Assembly: GCF_009914755.1 (NCBI RefSeq)
Contig: NC_060931.1
DNA length: 64,000 bases
Source of the DNA: the human T2T-CHM13v2.0 reference genome, Homo sapiens
Reading direction: 5' to 3' (one strand)
Below the pieces are notes generated by a model. The model was not told the origin of the DNA, searched no databases, and was given only the letters and a program-made list of their open reading frames with translations. This document shows, in pieces, positions 14,014 through 30,526 of this stretch (within the stretch, counting starts at the first letter, position 1; each line of letters starts with the position of its first letter). The position numbers and the translations under genes are program-made.

Positions 14014-14605
14014 TGTGCTTGTGAAAAACAGTGAAAGCTATGAAATCCTCTTACTATTTTAAGTTCTGAAGAATGGCTTACTAAATAATAAACATTCTTT
14101 TCCATAAGACAGAATAAGACTCACTGATTTCCTTACCCTTATCTACTTATGACAAAGCCAGACACAGACCCTGTACATTCTGGGTTTTTTTGGTCCTATA
14201 AATAATTAGTTGCACTGCTTGCTCCTGCTGATCAATCAGGGCTACATGCTTGTTAACCAGACTCTTCATTAAGCTTCTCTCCTTCTCTGGAGGCCCTGAG
14301 TTTTGGTTCACTCTCATCCTGAGCCGGCATGCAACCCTTCATGAGAACAGGCTAGCGTCATGGACAACATTCCCTGGTCTACTCTCTGAGCATACCACTC
14401 TTTCATTCCACTCTCCCACACTTGGTTCTTTCTAGCCTTGTTTATCCCTGTCTCTGTAAAAGAAAATATCTTTTGCTGAACTCTTCAGAAGCTTCAGATC
14501 TTACAATCACAGTGTTCTCCCTATTGCAATTGTCCCCCCATTGCAATTGTCCCCTTCCCTCCTCCTCTTACAATAATCCAGTCCAGATTTGATTTTCATT
14601 TGACA
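14014..14605 (+). mobile_element. Solo ERV1-class LTR (MER31/MER67-group-like)
   Basis: TG...CA ends, 3' end GTGTTCTCCCTATTGCAAT...GTCCAGATTTGATTTTCATTTGACA, flanks AATCC/AATCT as a likely TSD. Confidence 0.6.
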
Positions 14606-15108
14606 AATCTTTATAGCTGCCCCTCACTCAAAGATTGGATTTTCCAAGACTCCTGAGAGTAAACCCCTAACCATCCTCTGTACCTGTATTTCCCAAAATT
14701 GCATGCTCACATCTCTCTAGGGTAAGCTTAATGTGCCCAAGCCTTCTAGATAGTAAGTTTTATCAATGATTTGGCAGAGGGATTTTTTGTGCATTTCTAA
14801 AAGCTGTAGTCATGTTTTCACAGAAACAAAATCTATGGAATCTCAGTCTTATAAACCAATCTTAAGAATTTTAGTAAAATAACAAAAAATTCTAAAATAT
14901 CCTGGGTAAACGGATTGATCTATTATGGTGGAAACCAATAATAAACATATTGTAGTCCTATCAAAGTAAAGGGGGTACAAAAAGAAGACAATTCCCCCAT
15001 GCCAATGCCACCTTCTGAAGATCCTCCTCATCAAAGGAACTGGAAACTGGAATTGTCTGAGCAGCTAGTTTCTGTAACTTAACCAGTGGTTTTAGTCATT
15101 TGTTTTGG

Positions 15109-15110
<2 letters not shown>

Positions 15111-15150
<40 letters not shown>
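15111..15150. repeat. (AC)20 microsatellite
   Basis: Perfect run. Confidence 0.98.
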
Positions 15151-15152
<2 letters not shown>

Positions 15153-15356
15153 TCTCCTCTAAGTTAGTTTAACTTCTGTCAAATTGTTCTGAAAATGTAG
15201 GAATATATTCAAGGTTACATAAAATGTTAATAGCATCAGTAATTCTGTTTATATAACATACTTATATCAATCTTTACCTACCTTATAAAAGGTGTGAATA
15301 TATCTAAATTAAATTTCCAACCATGAGCATACATGAGTTTATTAAAAAGACAAAAT

Positions 15357-15673
15357 AGCCAGGCACGATGGCTCATGCCTGTAATCCCAGCACTTTGTGG
15401 GGTGAGGCAGATGGATCACTTGAGACCAGGAATTCAAGACTAGTCTGGTCAACATGGAAAAACCTCGTCTCTACTAAAAAATACAAAAATTAGCAGGATG
15501 TGGTAGCATGCACCTGTAATCCCAGCTACTCTGGAAGCTGAGGCAGGAGAATTGCTTGAACCAGGGAAGTGAGAAATGGAGAGTGCAGTGAGCAGAGATC
15601 ACGTCACTGCACTTCAGTGTGGGTGACACAGCAAGACTCTGTCAAAGAAAAAAAAAAAAGAAAAAGAAAACAC
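15357..15673 (+). mobile_element. Alu (old S/J type)
   Basis: Dimeric Alu with A tail; TSD AAAAGACAAAATA / AAAAGACAGAATA. Confidence 0.96.
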
Positions 15674-16317
15674 AAAAGACAGAATATATATATATATACT
15701 GTTTCCAGTTTATTAGAATATTTTTAACAACAAGAAATTCAAAACAACTGACAATCTAGTGTTACACCAGATCAGATGCTCTTTCTTAGGCTCTCAGCAA
15801 TGAACTTAGCAATAAACATGAGGTTAAATCACTCCAATAATGATACATTTATCAATGAAAAAGAATTGCTTCAGTTTAAAGGATATAGAATGCACTTGGA
15901 CACATATTAAATATATATATATAGACACATATATACATATATTGTTATTATTTTGAGGCTAATAGGATTAAACTTAGATGTTTTCCATATGAAACTACCC
16001 CTGAACAATAACAGCATGGAAGCATCCCTCTTTTAAAGGATTTTCAAGTTTGGAAGAAAAATCACTAGAAAGTTTCATGATTTGACAAGGGGCAATGACA
16101 CTACCAAACATTCAGAAAAGCAGATAAAACATTGCTTAATGCTGAGGACAGTTTCAGAGCCTCTTTTTTCTTTTTTTTTGGTTTTTTTTTTCCAGGGTAG
16201 TGTTGAGCAAGATGAGTGGAAACTACTGTTTGGTGGGAGCACACATCAGCAAAGCCTTATTTTTAGGTAATATATCAGTTTAAATCAAAATGTAAGAATA
16301 AGCATATTTTGGAGGAG

Positions 16318-16520
16318 GCACTATATCATAATATGTGAGTAAAGGGTTCTAAGATAGACTATCTGTTTCAGATTCCATCATCACAACTTTATAGTTGTGT
16401 CTCTTTGAGAAAGTTATTTAAAATTCAGTTTCTAATTTAAAAGTAAAAATAATAGTACCTATCTCGAAGTGTTGAGATTATACGCTAAAATGTATCTAAA
16501 ATGTCCAGTACAATGTCTGG
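16318..16520 (+). mobile_element. MIR SINE
   Basis: AAAGTTATTTAA...CAGTTTC...AATAATAGTACCTATCTC...GTACAATGTCTGG. Confidence 0.7.
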
Positions 16521-17260
<740 letters not shown>

Positions 17261-17596
17261 ATGTGTGTATATTTTGCTTGTTGTCTCAGCCCACGTCATC
17301 TAGAAAGTAGAGCACAAGACTAGGATTAAGGTGCTGATTTAAGGTTGTGAGTTCAGGGTGGCAAGGGGAAGGAAATTGAAGATGCAGGACATGTGTGAAG
17401 CAATGAAGTACAATACATTACTGAGTTGGTTACTTCTTTGCAATGATTGGTACAGAGACAAAGGAGTTTGCTGAGAAGACACATTCATTGGCAAATGGGG
17501 CTTCCTCAGAAGGATTGAAAGAAAAACATCCCAGCAGTCTTCAGAAGAAAGAAAGGAAGGAGGTATTATTTATTCTTTCTCTTATTTACTATTATA

Positions 17597-19523
<1,927 letters not shown>

Positions 19524-19803
19524 TGGCAAGGGGAGCTGACTCAACCTAACTTAAAGGTTTCATCATGTAGCTTTTTGACAGATGCTTAGACAGCTGGATG
19601 TCACATCTTGTGCTGTGGAGGGACAACTCAGCCTAGGTAGTGCTAACCAAGAGAAAGACAGATGCAATCAGGAAAATCTGAGAAGGTGCTCATGGTTGGT
19701 ATCTCCAAACACTTGTATAGCTAATTTTTTAAAATCATTGAACATACATCTATAAGATGGAAGTTTTTAGTAGGTGTGGAATTGACTAGAAAAACATAAG
19801 TAT

Positions 19804-20335
19804 TGTCAAGAACTGTGCAAGATCTGAGATTTTACCCTACTTACAAGTTAACCACTTAGTCTGCCACAGTTTTATGGATACTGGTACAAGCCACAGACTT
19901 CTGAATCACAGAAAAAAAATAAAAAGATGTTATTACTAGAGGCACACCAAATAGCATGAGCATTACCATCATGCTTACATCGGCTGCCTATGCCTCCCAA
20001 ATGGCACAGGGGTGAAGTGGAGGCATCCAAGTAGATGCTGCACGTGGAGAGGGTGTGTGTTACAGCTGTGGCATCCTGAGCTTAAGGAATCAAAATCTTT
20101 TATAATAGTCAGTAAGAAACACATGCCTGACCTTCACCCAGAGGGAGGCATAATCTTTATTACAATGGACAGTAAACAAATCTGCCCTTTGCTCTGACAG
20201 GTATTATCTCTGTTCTTCCAAGGTGTTCATTATACAAGCAACCTTGCAAAGATATTCTGCAATGAAGGCTGTCAGTGGTTCTGCTCAAAAGTCATGCAGA
20301 AACACAAGAGATCCCAGAAGAATTGTCTCCCAACA
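19804..20335 (-). mobile_element. Solo ERVL LTR, LTR40-like
   Basis: TGTCAAGAACTGTG...GAGATTTTACCCTACTT and GAATTGTCTCCCAACA (reverse complement TGTTGGGAGACAATTC) termini. Confidence 0.75.
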
Positions 20336-20924
20336 AAAAAATACGTGTGAAAGAGATGGAGTATGTGACATATCATCACCTGAAAGAAGGACATAGACCA
20401 ATAATAGGAGCATTACTACCTGGCTTCAAAGCATTTTTATAGCCAATTTTAGTGTGTTTAATGGAAGAGAAATGCTTGTAAAAAGAATTTTTAAAACAGT
20501 AGTTTGAAGAGTCATTATATTTATATTAATAAATGGTTTTAATGAAATAGGACTGATTTTTAAAAGATTGCTTTAGAGTTCTATAAGTCAGAATTTATTC
20601 ATGGAGAAAGAAAGAGAACAGTGAGCAAATCCAAAATACCTGGATAAGGTGGATGAGTTTATTATTTTTTAAAATTACATAGATGGTCTATAAGAGTTAC
20701 TTATTTAACAGTTTTTTAAGGCCTTAACACTTGCAATCCACAGATAAACAGGAGGCATGACTTCAGTTTCATGTGCATAATTCAAATAAAATAAATATAC
20801 ATGTTTTATCAGTTAAACAAATACAGTTTATTGTGTAGACTGAGTCATTAGAATCACGGTTAATAGTCCTAAGAAAATTATAATATTTATAGCAAAACAG
20901 GAAATATCAGAAGTCATTATTCTT

Positions 20925-21233
<309 letters not shown>

Positions 21234-21952
21234 AAGTCATTATTCTTTATGGAAAGATGTCCTTTGGTCACTAGGGTGTTAGAAACTCTTTTTGTCTACC
21301 ACCTGATATCAACAACTTGATTTAGCAACAAAAATATACTTACCAAAATGTCCACCAATAGTAACTTGAAATAATTCCATGTATTTCTTCTGGAGGATCT
21401 CTTTTCAGTGATGGCAGTTATTATGCTGGATCCATATATAATGGGAGTCAGATCAGGCTCCCAGTGTGTTTGATACCAATACAGAGAAAATAAATTGCCT
21501 GCATGCTGCATCTGATATCCAGTGTTAATTATCCATTATCCTAAATAAGACCTTCCACTCTTCAAAACCTGTTGAAATCTGAAAAAAATTAACAATTTAG
21601 CAAAACAATTAAGAAAAAATGGTTTTAAAGCACATTTAGATATACTACTTATCAAGGAAGGGCTCTGTATAAATTAAAACACTAGCAATAATTCATTCAA
21701 ATAAAAGTAGAAATGACTGCCATGTGAGCAGTCAGTCAGCATATATTTTGGAGGAGCTATTTATTAGGTGCCAGGTGCTATGCAAAGTGCTGAACAAAAA
21801 CTTTACACTAAAACATTTGCCATGTACAAATGATACTACCTTGTGCTTCACTTAATATCACTGCTATTCAGTTTCCTTTCTGTGAAAATCAAAATTAGGA
21901 TAAGTGATACTATGTCTCTTCTAGAATTAATGTTCTTTGCATTAAATACCTA

Positions 21953-22353
21953 TGTATCAGGCCATTCTCGCATTGCTACAAATATCTGAGTGACTAATTT
22001 ATAAGCAAAAGTGGTTAAATTGGCTCATAGTTCTGCAGACTTTACAGGAAGCATGGTACTGGCATCTGCTCTGCTTCTAGGGAGGCCTCAGGAAGTTTAC
22101 AATCATGGCAGAAGGTGAATTGGGGGCAGGAACATCACATGGCAAAAAGAGACAAGAGGGGTGTGGAGGGAGGTGCCACACACTTTTAAACAACCAGTTC
22201 TCATGTGAATTTAGGGCAATGGCTCACTTATCCCCAAAGGGCCATCACTACACCATTCATGAGGAATCTGCCCACATAATCCAAACACCTCCCACTTTGG
22301 AGATTACAATTCAATATGCGATTTGAGTGGGAAAAAATATACAAACTATGTCA
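21953..22353 (-). mobile_element. MaLR solo LTR, MSTA-like
   Basis: GGGAGGCCTCAGGAAGTTTACAATCATGGCAGAAGG core; TG...CA ends; perfect 5-bp TSD ACCTA. Confidence 0.9.
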
Positions 22354-25300
22354 ACCTATTTGGCCTGAGTTTATATTCTACATTAGTCTATCTGAAGTAG
22401 ATGAAGGCTTTAGTGTTTGCATTTAGTACTATTTCATCTGCCCTATTCTTCTCACTCACAGTTGCTACATCCAGCCATTTCTCTCAGATGCCCAGGGCTG
22501 ACACGCTATTTAAGAGTTTCTGTATTTCCCTACTTTATTTCCCTATCCCAGTGCAAGTTTTGGAACCATTACATGTTTTAGACCTTTTCCATACCCACTA
22601 GCCTAATAAAGTTTTAAAGTCCAGATTTCCCTATACATTGACTTTTCTGTCTTCTACTTGCCAAACTGATGAAGGATTACTAGGAAAATTAGTCCAGCTG
22701 GAAGTTTTAATACCTAATATTGAATTTATATATTATACTTCCCAGAGGAATTTTTATTTTAACAATGGATTCTTGGAAATACACTTTCTAAATCCAAAGA
22801 AATATGAGTCATTTTATCCATTATTACCATCTGTTTGAACACAGAGGAAATTTTTTAAATTTTCTAGTAAACTTAGTATGAAAAAAGGCATGTTTAGCCT
22901 TTGTGATGTATATAGGCAGCTGTCCTTGTGGCCAGGGTTGAGTCACCCTGAGATAAGGACTAAACAGACTTTTTTAAGAGGTGGAATGAACCTTATTTAA
23001 TTGTAGACAACACTGATCCCTGGTAATGTGTGATAGTAGAAAGAACACGAGATTTGAAAAACAGCAGCAATAACAATAAACACTTTGCCCTATTAGTGTG
23101 CCTTGAACTTTATTTTTTTTAACTCTTCTCTCTCCCATTTCATTTATCAGTAAGATCTTAGAAAGGAATAATTTTTGACCTATTAGGTAATAATATTACC
23201 TACATATGATAATCAGGCACATCTTAGAAAAGTTCATGGGTATGGTTAAGTGGATGTTATCAAAAGGAAGAAATTTAAAGGATTAAAACATAGAGTATGT
23301 TTTTTAAAAAAAAATACACGAAAATAAAACAGGGAAGTAAAAAATACATGCTTTCCAAATTTTTTTCCTAAAATAAAAGAGTAAGGAAATATCTACATTC
23401 TCATTCTAACTCCTCATTATGGTGGTTCTTAATCAAAAGTGACCCTCAGCATTACTTGGGAATTTTTCCAAAATTTCACCCAGGCAAACAACTGCCATAA
23501 GGTACAACATGAATATATACTCAAGAGTTGCTTTGCTAAGAATTTTAGACAAATCCTTTCTGTCGTTAGTTGCACTTTATTTCCATGCTGTATACACACA
23601 TCCATGCCAATAGAGCACTATTGGCAGAAAACATACAGCTAGCTAAATTCCTAGCAAATTTTGAATCTGCTTCCCATGGGTTAAATATGGTACAAGTCAC
23701 AGTATATATCAAAGGCCTAATGACTAACAGGCAATAAGTTATATACATAAGGGGACGATGCTTTATTAAATAGAGAACCATAAATTAATTTTTTAAATTG
23801 ATTTCACCTCTTTCATCCATCCAAACTAAATCTTTTGTTGAAATGGTATTCCTATTGTGAAGAACCTTACTCTCAGGAATAATTCATTTGGGATATTAAC
23901 TTTGTGTGGGTACCATTTACTTAGCCACTCCATTGCAAAAACTGCCACTTCACTGTCCCAGAATTATGCCTTTTCCTATTCAGCATATAGTTGATAGTTT
24001 ACATCCAGAATGTGAATTGTTCACCTTTTGTCTCCAGCAGCTCTAGCTGTTGAATTTTCCATTATAATCTAAACCTAAAGGACCAATTTTTAAAAAATTC
24101 TTAATATCCCAAGGCACTTTGCTTCTTTAGACATGAATATTAAATAGGGTGAAAGCTTAAAACCCTTGGTGGCAAGTCCCGTCAAGAGAAGTCACTTGAG
24201 GACATTCAAAATACAACTAGCCAACTCACATTCTATTGTGGGATTAATTAGCTGTGAGCTACAGAGTCAGTGTTGTAGTAAAGGTAGTTTTCCATAGAGC
24301 TTTTGTCACATGCTTCTGCCAGGTCTATTTCTTTTTTCTCAGTTTTAAGCCATAGTTTGAGGAAAAACCAGCTGGACGTGGTGGAAGAAGCAGGAGACAG
24401 AGGAGGAGGGTTCTGGATGATCCCACTCTCTTTACATTACACTTTGCCCAGACAGCAACTGACTAGCTACTTCCTCTGAGAAACTCTTTTTCACCAGATT
24501 GACACCATTACGGGAAGCTATTCTTAACCCCCAGATCAAGTAAGCTGGCTAAAAATGAAAGAGAAATCTTTTAAGTTAGAAAATTTTATATCATTGTCAG
24601 TTTGGTAAGAGGAAAGAAAAAAAAAAACACTCTCCATCTAGCAGAGGGAAAAAAACTCTCCTTTTCAAACTCTTATGATGTTTTTTCAGTATGTTGCTCA
24701 GAATTGAAGAAAGAGCTCATTTCTTGACTATCACCATGATTTTCACTGAGATTTATATTCAATGACACCTGAAGATTACACATAAACCCTGACACTAGTG
24801 TAGGCTAGATCCTGCTGCCTGAACTGTAAAAACGGATGACTGTAGATGCATCAGAGAGCTAATTAGAAAGTCTTTTTCTCCTTTGCCCAGACAGCTACTC
24901 TTGGTTTCAGGTAGTTTCTTTGGGTGCATATCTTCTCTTTTTGTTCCCCACCTGCTTTAGTTTATGAAGTGTTGAAAAATTTTTAATGCATTTTCTCCCA
25001 AATAAAATAATGTGATAAATGTGAAATTATGGAATAACTGTGTGTTTTTCTGAGCGACCAATTAGCATTATGATTTTTTTAATTGGCACATTTCTATTTC
25101 TATCAGACCATGCCAATTAGGATGATTACAACATGTTTCAAAATTTCCAGAAGTACCGTTAGATACTTAAAACTTTTTCTCCTTTGATTAAAGATTTGAT
25201 TTTATATCTCTGGGATTCCAAAAAGCTCTATGTGTTCTGATTTTGTTTCTTACAGAGTAGATTATTTCCCAGGAGATTAAAATTACTGTCTGACTGCTAA

Positions 25301-26206
25301 ATGACTAACTTGGTTGCATGTGGGTTTCTGTTGCACCCTACTTAAGCAGGCATTAGTCTCTAAAATCCATGTAGTCCAAAAAACCACAGACCCAAGAATA
25401 GGCAATTCAAATATGGATTCCATTGACAAAGAATGGAGCCAAACTACATTGTCATTTAAATGAATATATATGATAGCTAAGTTATGGTAATCATGTAACA
25501 TAAAATGCTTGACTGAAATATAATCACAATGATTATAAAAAGTGATTTTCTGCTTATTGAAATAATAAGTATGACTAAAACTAATGTGTTTAACTGCTGG
25601 CATTGAAGATACCTACTTTGTGAATATATCTACATTAACTCATGTTCTCTGTTGTACATGAATCACAATTGCCTTCAAAATGCTGTCTCTCTCTAGTATT
25701 TTGAAGGAAGCTAAGACACTAATAATGATACACATAATTCATTTTTGTGAAAGAAAAATTCAGAGACAATATCAAGTAGAAAAAAAATAAAGTTGGTTTG
25801 TAAAGACTGGAGAAGGTCCACTTTGCCAAATATAAAAACCCAAGAGGCATCTGAAGGGGAGGGGGAGGCAAGACTAGCAAGTTCAGATTATTCTATTCAT
25901 TGCACAAAAAGAAACATGTTTTATCCTTTTTATCATGTGTATAAAAATAATGATAACAATATCTTTTTTATTGGTACCAATATCATTATTTTTGTACATA
26001 TGATAAAAAGGATAAAACATGTTTCTTTTTGTGCAATAAAGAGACTGGATATGTCATGAAGTATATGATGAAGGATATTGTCACATCCTTTGACAATAAC
26101 ATTGCAAAAGTCAGTGATAATGTTGTTTTTCCTCATGGTAGCGGTAATTCACAGGAAATGCTCAAGGTTTCATTTGGTCACTAGAAATAAGAACTATTTC
26201 TCATAG

Positions 26207-26843
<637 letters not shown>

Positions 26844-26862
26844 TCTCTTATAATTCTTAAGG

Positions 26863-27063
26863 ACCATGGATTACTTTTGTATGTTTTTGAGATTCATAAA
26901 TGGACACACTTAGTATGTATTCTTTTGTGTCTGACTTCCTTTACTCAACACAATGAATGTAAGATTCATCCATGTTTTTGTGTGTTTCAGTAGCTCAATT
27001 TTATCCATCTATCTAAATATTTATCTTGGATATCAACAGTTTTTTTATATACCTAGAATTATT
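26863..27063 (+). repeat. Local ~200-bp direct duplicate of 28152-28410 (L1M-derived)
   Basis: Colinear from ACCATGGATT to TATATACCTAGAATTATT in both copies. Confidence 0.9.
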
Positions 27064-28305
27064 CTTTGGGGACTGGAACTAGGCAGGACAAGCCTATTAT
27101 TTTTGCTTATCCAAAAGTGCAAAATATGGGACAGTGGGACATATTGTGTGTGTCTATGTGCAATGCAGCAGGACCAAGGGTCAGCTTTTTTTTCCCAAAA
27201 TCCCTCATGTGGGCAGATTTCTGTCCTGAGGGCATGGATTTGACCATAGACATTTGAAGAATGGTAGTATCCTTAATTTGATTTTTTATTTGATCAGTTT
27301 TATTTATGGGAGTTAAAAGTGTTATTAATGAACACATCCAGACTTTCTTAACATTTAGTTTTGAAAAATGGAGCCACAAGAATCTAAGGTTTATGAGTTA
27401 ATAACACTGCAGAGGATTTGTAAAACTTCTAGGATTGTAATTTACTGTTGTGTGTCAGAGATATTTTGCTGTGTTTTTAAGCTTATCTACTAAGATCAGG
27501 AACCAAGAATCAGCAAAACTATGACTGCCAGATTTTGCCTATTAAACTCATAACTAATACTTTCTCAGAGATTCCTATGTTTAACAATGTTTCCGACCTG
27601 TCAGAAAGTGACATTCTTGACTCTCTGTGAATATTGGATTGTATCACAGAACAAGAACAAGCAATTCTTCTAGGAGGACATTATAGGTGTAATTTTAACA
27701 TACAAAACATACTTTTTATTTCTTAATAAAGATATTGTCATACTTAATTAAAGAAGATTTTTCCCATGGGAGGTTGTACATTTTTTTAACTTTTCTTTTT
27801 GCATGGAAGGGTAGTCTCAGAAAACCTGTATAAATAATTGTGTAGTCAGAAAAAGTAAAAAAAAAAAAAAATTAGTAAAAACATTTTATATAAAATTTAT
27901 TTATTGTTTTGAGTAGTCATGCAGACAGGACCAATGTATATATAATCTCAAGAAGAAACATACACAAAAAATAAATTACTTAAAGTGCACTAATAGCAAG
28001 TGTACACTTAATATGAATTTTTATATGAGTTTATCATGTTACTACCAATCAAATCAAGATATAGACCTTTCCTGACACTTTCAAACATTCTCTCATTGGT
28101 TTTCCTAGTTAATTCCTCCACTCAGAGGCAAGGAATATTTTGACTTCTATTACCATGGATTCGTTTTGTATGTTTTTCAGATACATATACATGGACACAC
28201 ATAGTATGTATTCTTTTGTGTCTGGCTTCCTTTATTCAACAAAATAAATATAAGATTCATCTGTGTTTTGTGTGTTTCACTAGTTCAATACTACCTTTCT
28301 ATCTA

Positions 28306-28306
<1 letters not shown>

Positions 28307-28354
<48 letters not shown>
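28307..28354. repeat. (TATC)12 tetranucleotide STR
   Basis: Perfect 48-bp run with imperfect units on both sides. Confidence 0.97.
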
Positions 28355-28745
28355 ATCTATCTAAATATGTCTGTTAGATATCAACAGTATTCTATATACC
28401 TAGAATTATTGTTTTTTCTTATATTGCTAGATTATAGAATGGGTGGATATTATCAGGTTTCCAAGGCAATTGTGCCATTTCATACTCTATCTGCAGTCTA
28501 TGAGATGTGCCATTGTTCTTTATTCTCACCAACAGCCTGCGTTGCTAAAGCTTCTTAATGTAATTGTGTGAGTGGGAGTGTTGCAGTAGCTCCTTGTGGT
28601 TTGGTTTACATTTCCTCTTGAGTAATGGTATTGAGTATATTTTCAAATGTTCACTGGCTATTTGTGTATACTTTCTAGTTGTTTGTTCAAATATTTTGGC
28701 CATTCTAAATTGTGTTTGTTCTCCTCTATAATTGAGTAATAGGGC

Positions 28746-29037
28746 TTTTGTTTTGTTTTGTTTTTGTTTTTTTGAGACATGGTCTCTTTCTGTCCCCCTT
28801 GCTGGAGTACAGTGGCAAGATCACAGCTCATTGTGACCTCAAACTCCTGGGCTCAAGTGATCCTCCTGATGCACCTGCCTAGAACTCCCAAATCGTTAAG
28901 TCTACAGGCACATACCACTACATCGGCTAATTTTTTTTCATTTTTAATTTTTTTGTAGAGAAAGGTCTCAGTATGTTGCCCCAGTTTGTTTTGAACTCCT
29001 GGCCTCAAGTGATCCACCTGCCCCAGCCTCCCAAAGT
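28746..29037 (-). mobile_element. AluJ, 5'-truncated
   Basis: CTCAAACTCCTGGGCTCAAGTGATCCTCC and GGCCTCAAGTGATCC J-type motifs; stops at CCAAAGT. Confidence 0.9.
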
Positions 29038-30278
29038 AAGTGTTCTTTATATATTCTGTATATAAGTTCTTTGTTCTTTTTGTATATATGTAACGTGAGT
29101 ACCTTTTCTAAATGTCTTTCCATTTGGTAAATTTTAACAAGCACAAGTTTCTAATTTTATTAGAATATAATTCATTATTTTTCTTTTTTAATAGTGTGTG
29201 TATCCTATCTAAAGAATATATGTCTATAACAAGGACATGGAATATCATTCCATGTTTTTTTCTGAAAGCTTTATTTTTTCACATCAGGTGTTTTGTATCA
29301 TGTGAGGTAAAAGTTAATGTTAATTTATTTCATACTGATATTTAGTTATTTAAATACCATTTAAATATAGTTCTTTCTCAGATGAAGTTCAGTGACATCT
29401 TAAGTCAAGTTATTAAATATGTGTAGGTCCATCTTATATTCTTTCTCCTTCCTTTAGTTTATTTATCTATCTTTTTGACTATGCCAAACTATCTTTTTTT
29501 AGTGCATTTTAAAATTATGATGTAAGTCCTTCAAATCTGTTCAATCTTTTCCCAGAAAATATTCTTGCACCTTTAGATTTCTAAATACATTTTAAAATTA
29601 TCTTATCAATTTTAGTAAAATAACCTCCCATGGCTTTGGTTGAAATTCTATTAAATCTTTATATCATTAAGGGTAAAATTAATATCCTAACAAATTTGAG
29701 TCTTCTGATACATAAATACTGAATATCCCTCTGTTTATGTAGTTATTCTTTAATTTCCTTCTATAATGTTTTAAAATTTTCAGATTAAAGGTTTGTGCTT
29801 CCTTAATTAGATTTATACCTCGGTTTCTGATACCTATGATGCTATTATAAATTATATTATTTTAAAATTTAGTTTTAATTTCATTACTGCTAGTGTTTAG
29901 ACATATAATTGATTTTTATTGAACTTTATCCTATTATATGTCTAATTTCACTTATGAACTCTAATAATGTATTTGCCCATTCCTTTGGATTTTCTATATA
30001 CACAGTCATTTTCTGCAAAGAAAGGCAGTTTTGTTTTTCTCTTTACAACTTTTATACTTTTTTCTTTTTGCATAGCTAAAACTCCTGTATCAGTACCATG
30101 TTGATTAGATGTGATATGAGAGTAATTATATTTGTCCTTTCCCTGTACTTGATGGGAAAGCATTTAACTTCTCACATTAAACTATAATGTTAGCTGTAAT
30201 GTAATGTTAGCTTTTTGTTTGTTTGTTTTTAGATACTTAAAAAAATCAGATTATGAGGTTCTATCTCTCTTTTTCTTT

Positions 30279-30376
30279 AAGCTAGTCAAGTGAAGCAGTG
30301 GGAGTGGAGAATGACCAAAGAAACCTGTAACTGATTGTGATTAATTAGTTGTAAACACTACCGCGCTTGGACCAGC
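30279..30376 (-). pseudogene. RNY3P: Y3 RNA (RNY3) retropseudogene
   Basis: Reverse complement GCTGGTCCAAGCGCGGTAGTGTTTACAACTAATTAATCACAATCAGTTACAGGTTTCTTTGGTCATTCTCCACTCCCACTGCTTCACTTGACTAGC matches hY3 at roughly 90% by eye; A-rich tail; degenerate TSD GAGGTTCTATCT / GAAGTTCTCTTT. Confidence 0.93.
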
Positions 30377-30453
30377 AGAAGTTCTCTTTTAATTTAGTTT
30401 GCTTAGAGTTTTTATTATGAAAGATGTTGAATTTTATCAAATGCTTTAACTGC

Positions 30454-30526
30454 TGCTATGGTTTCGATGTGTCCCCCAGAAAGCATGTTAGAAACTTAAT
30501 TACCACTGTAACAGTATTAAGAGGTG
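30454..30526 (+). mobile_element. 5' stub of a MaLR MST LTR
   Basis: TGCTATGGTTTCGATGTGTCCCCC...CATGTTAGAAACTTAAT...AACAGTATTAAGAGGTG, then an abrupt stop. Confidence 0.75.
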
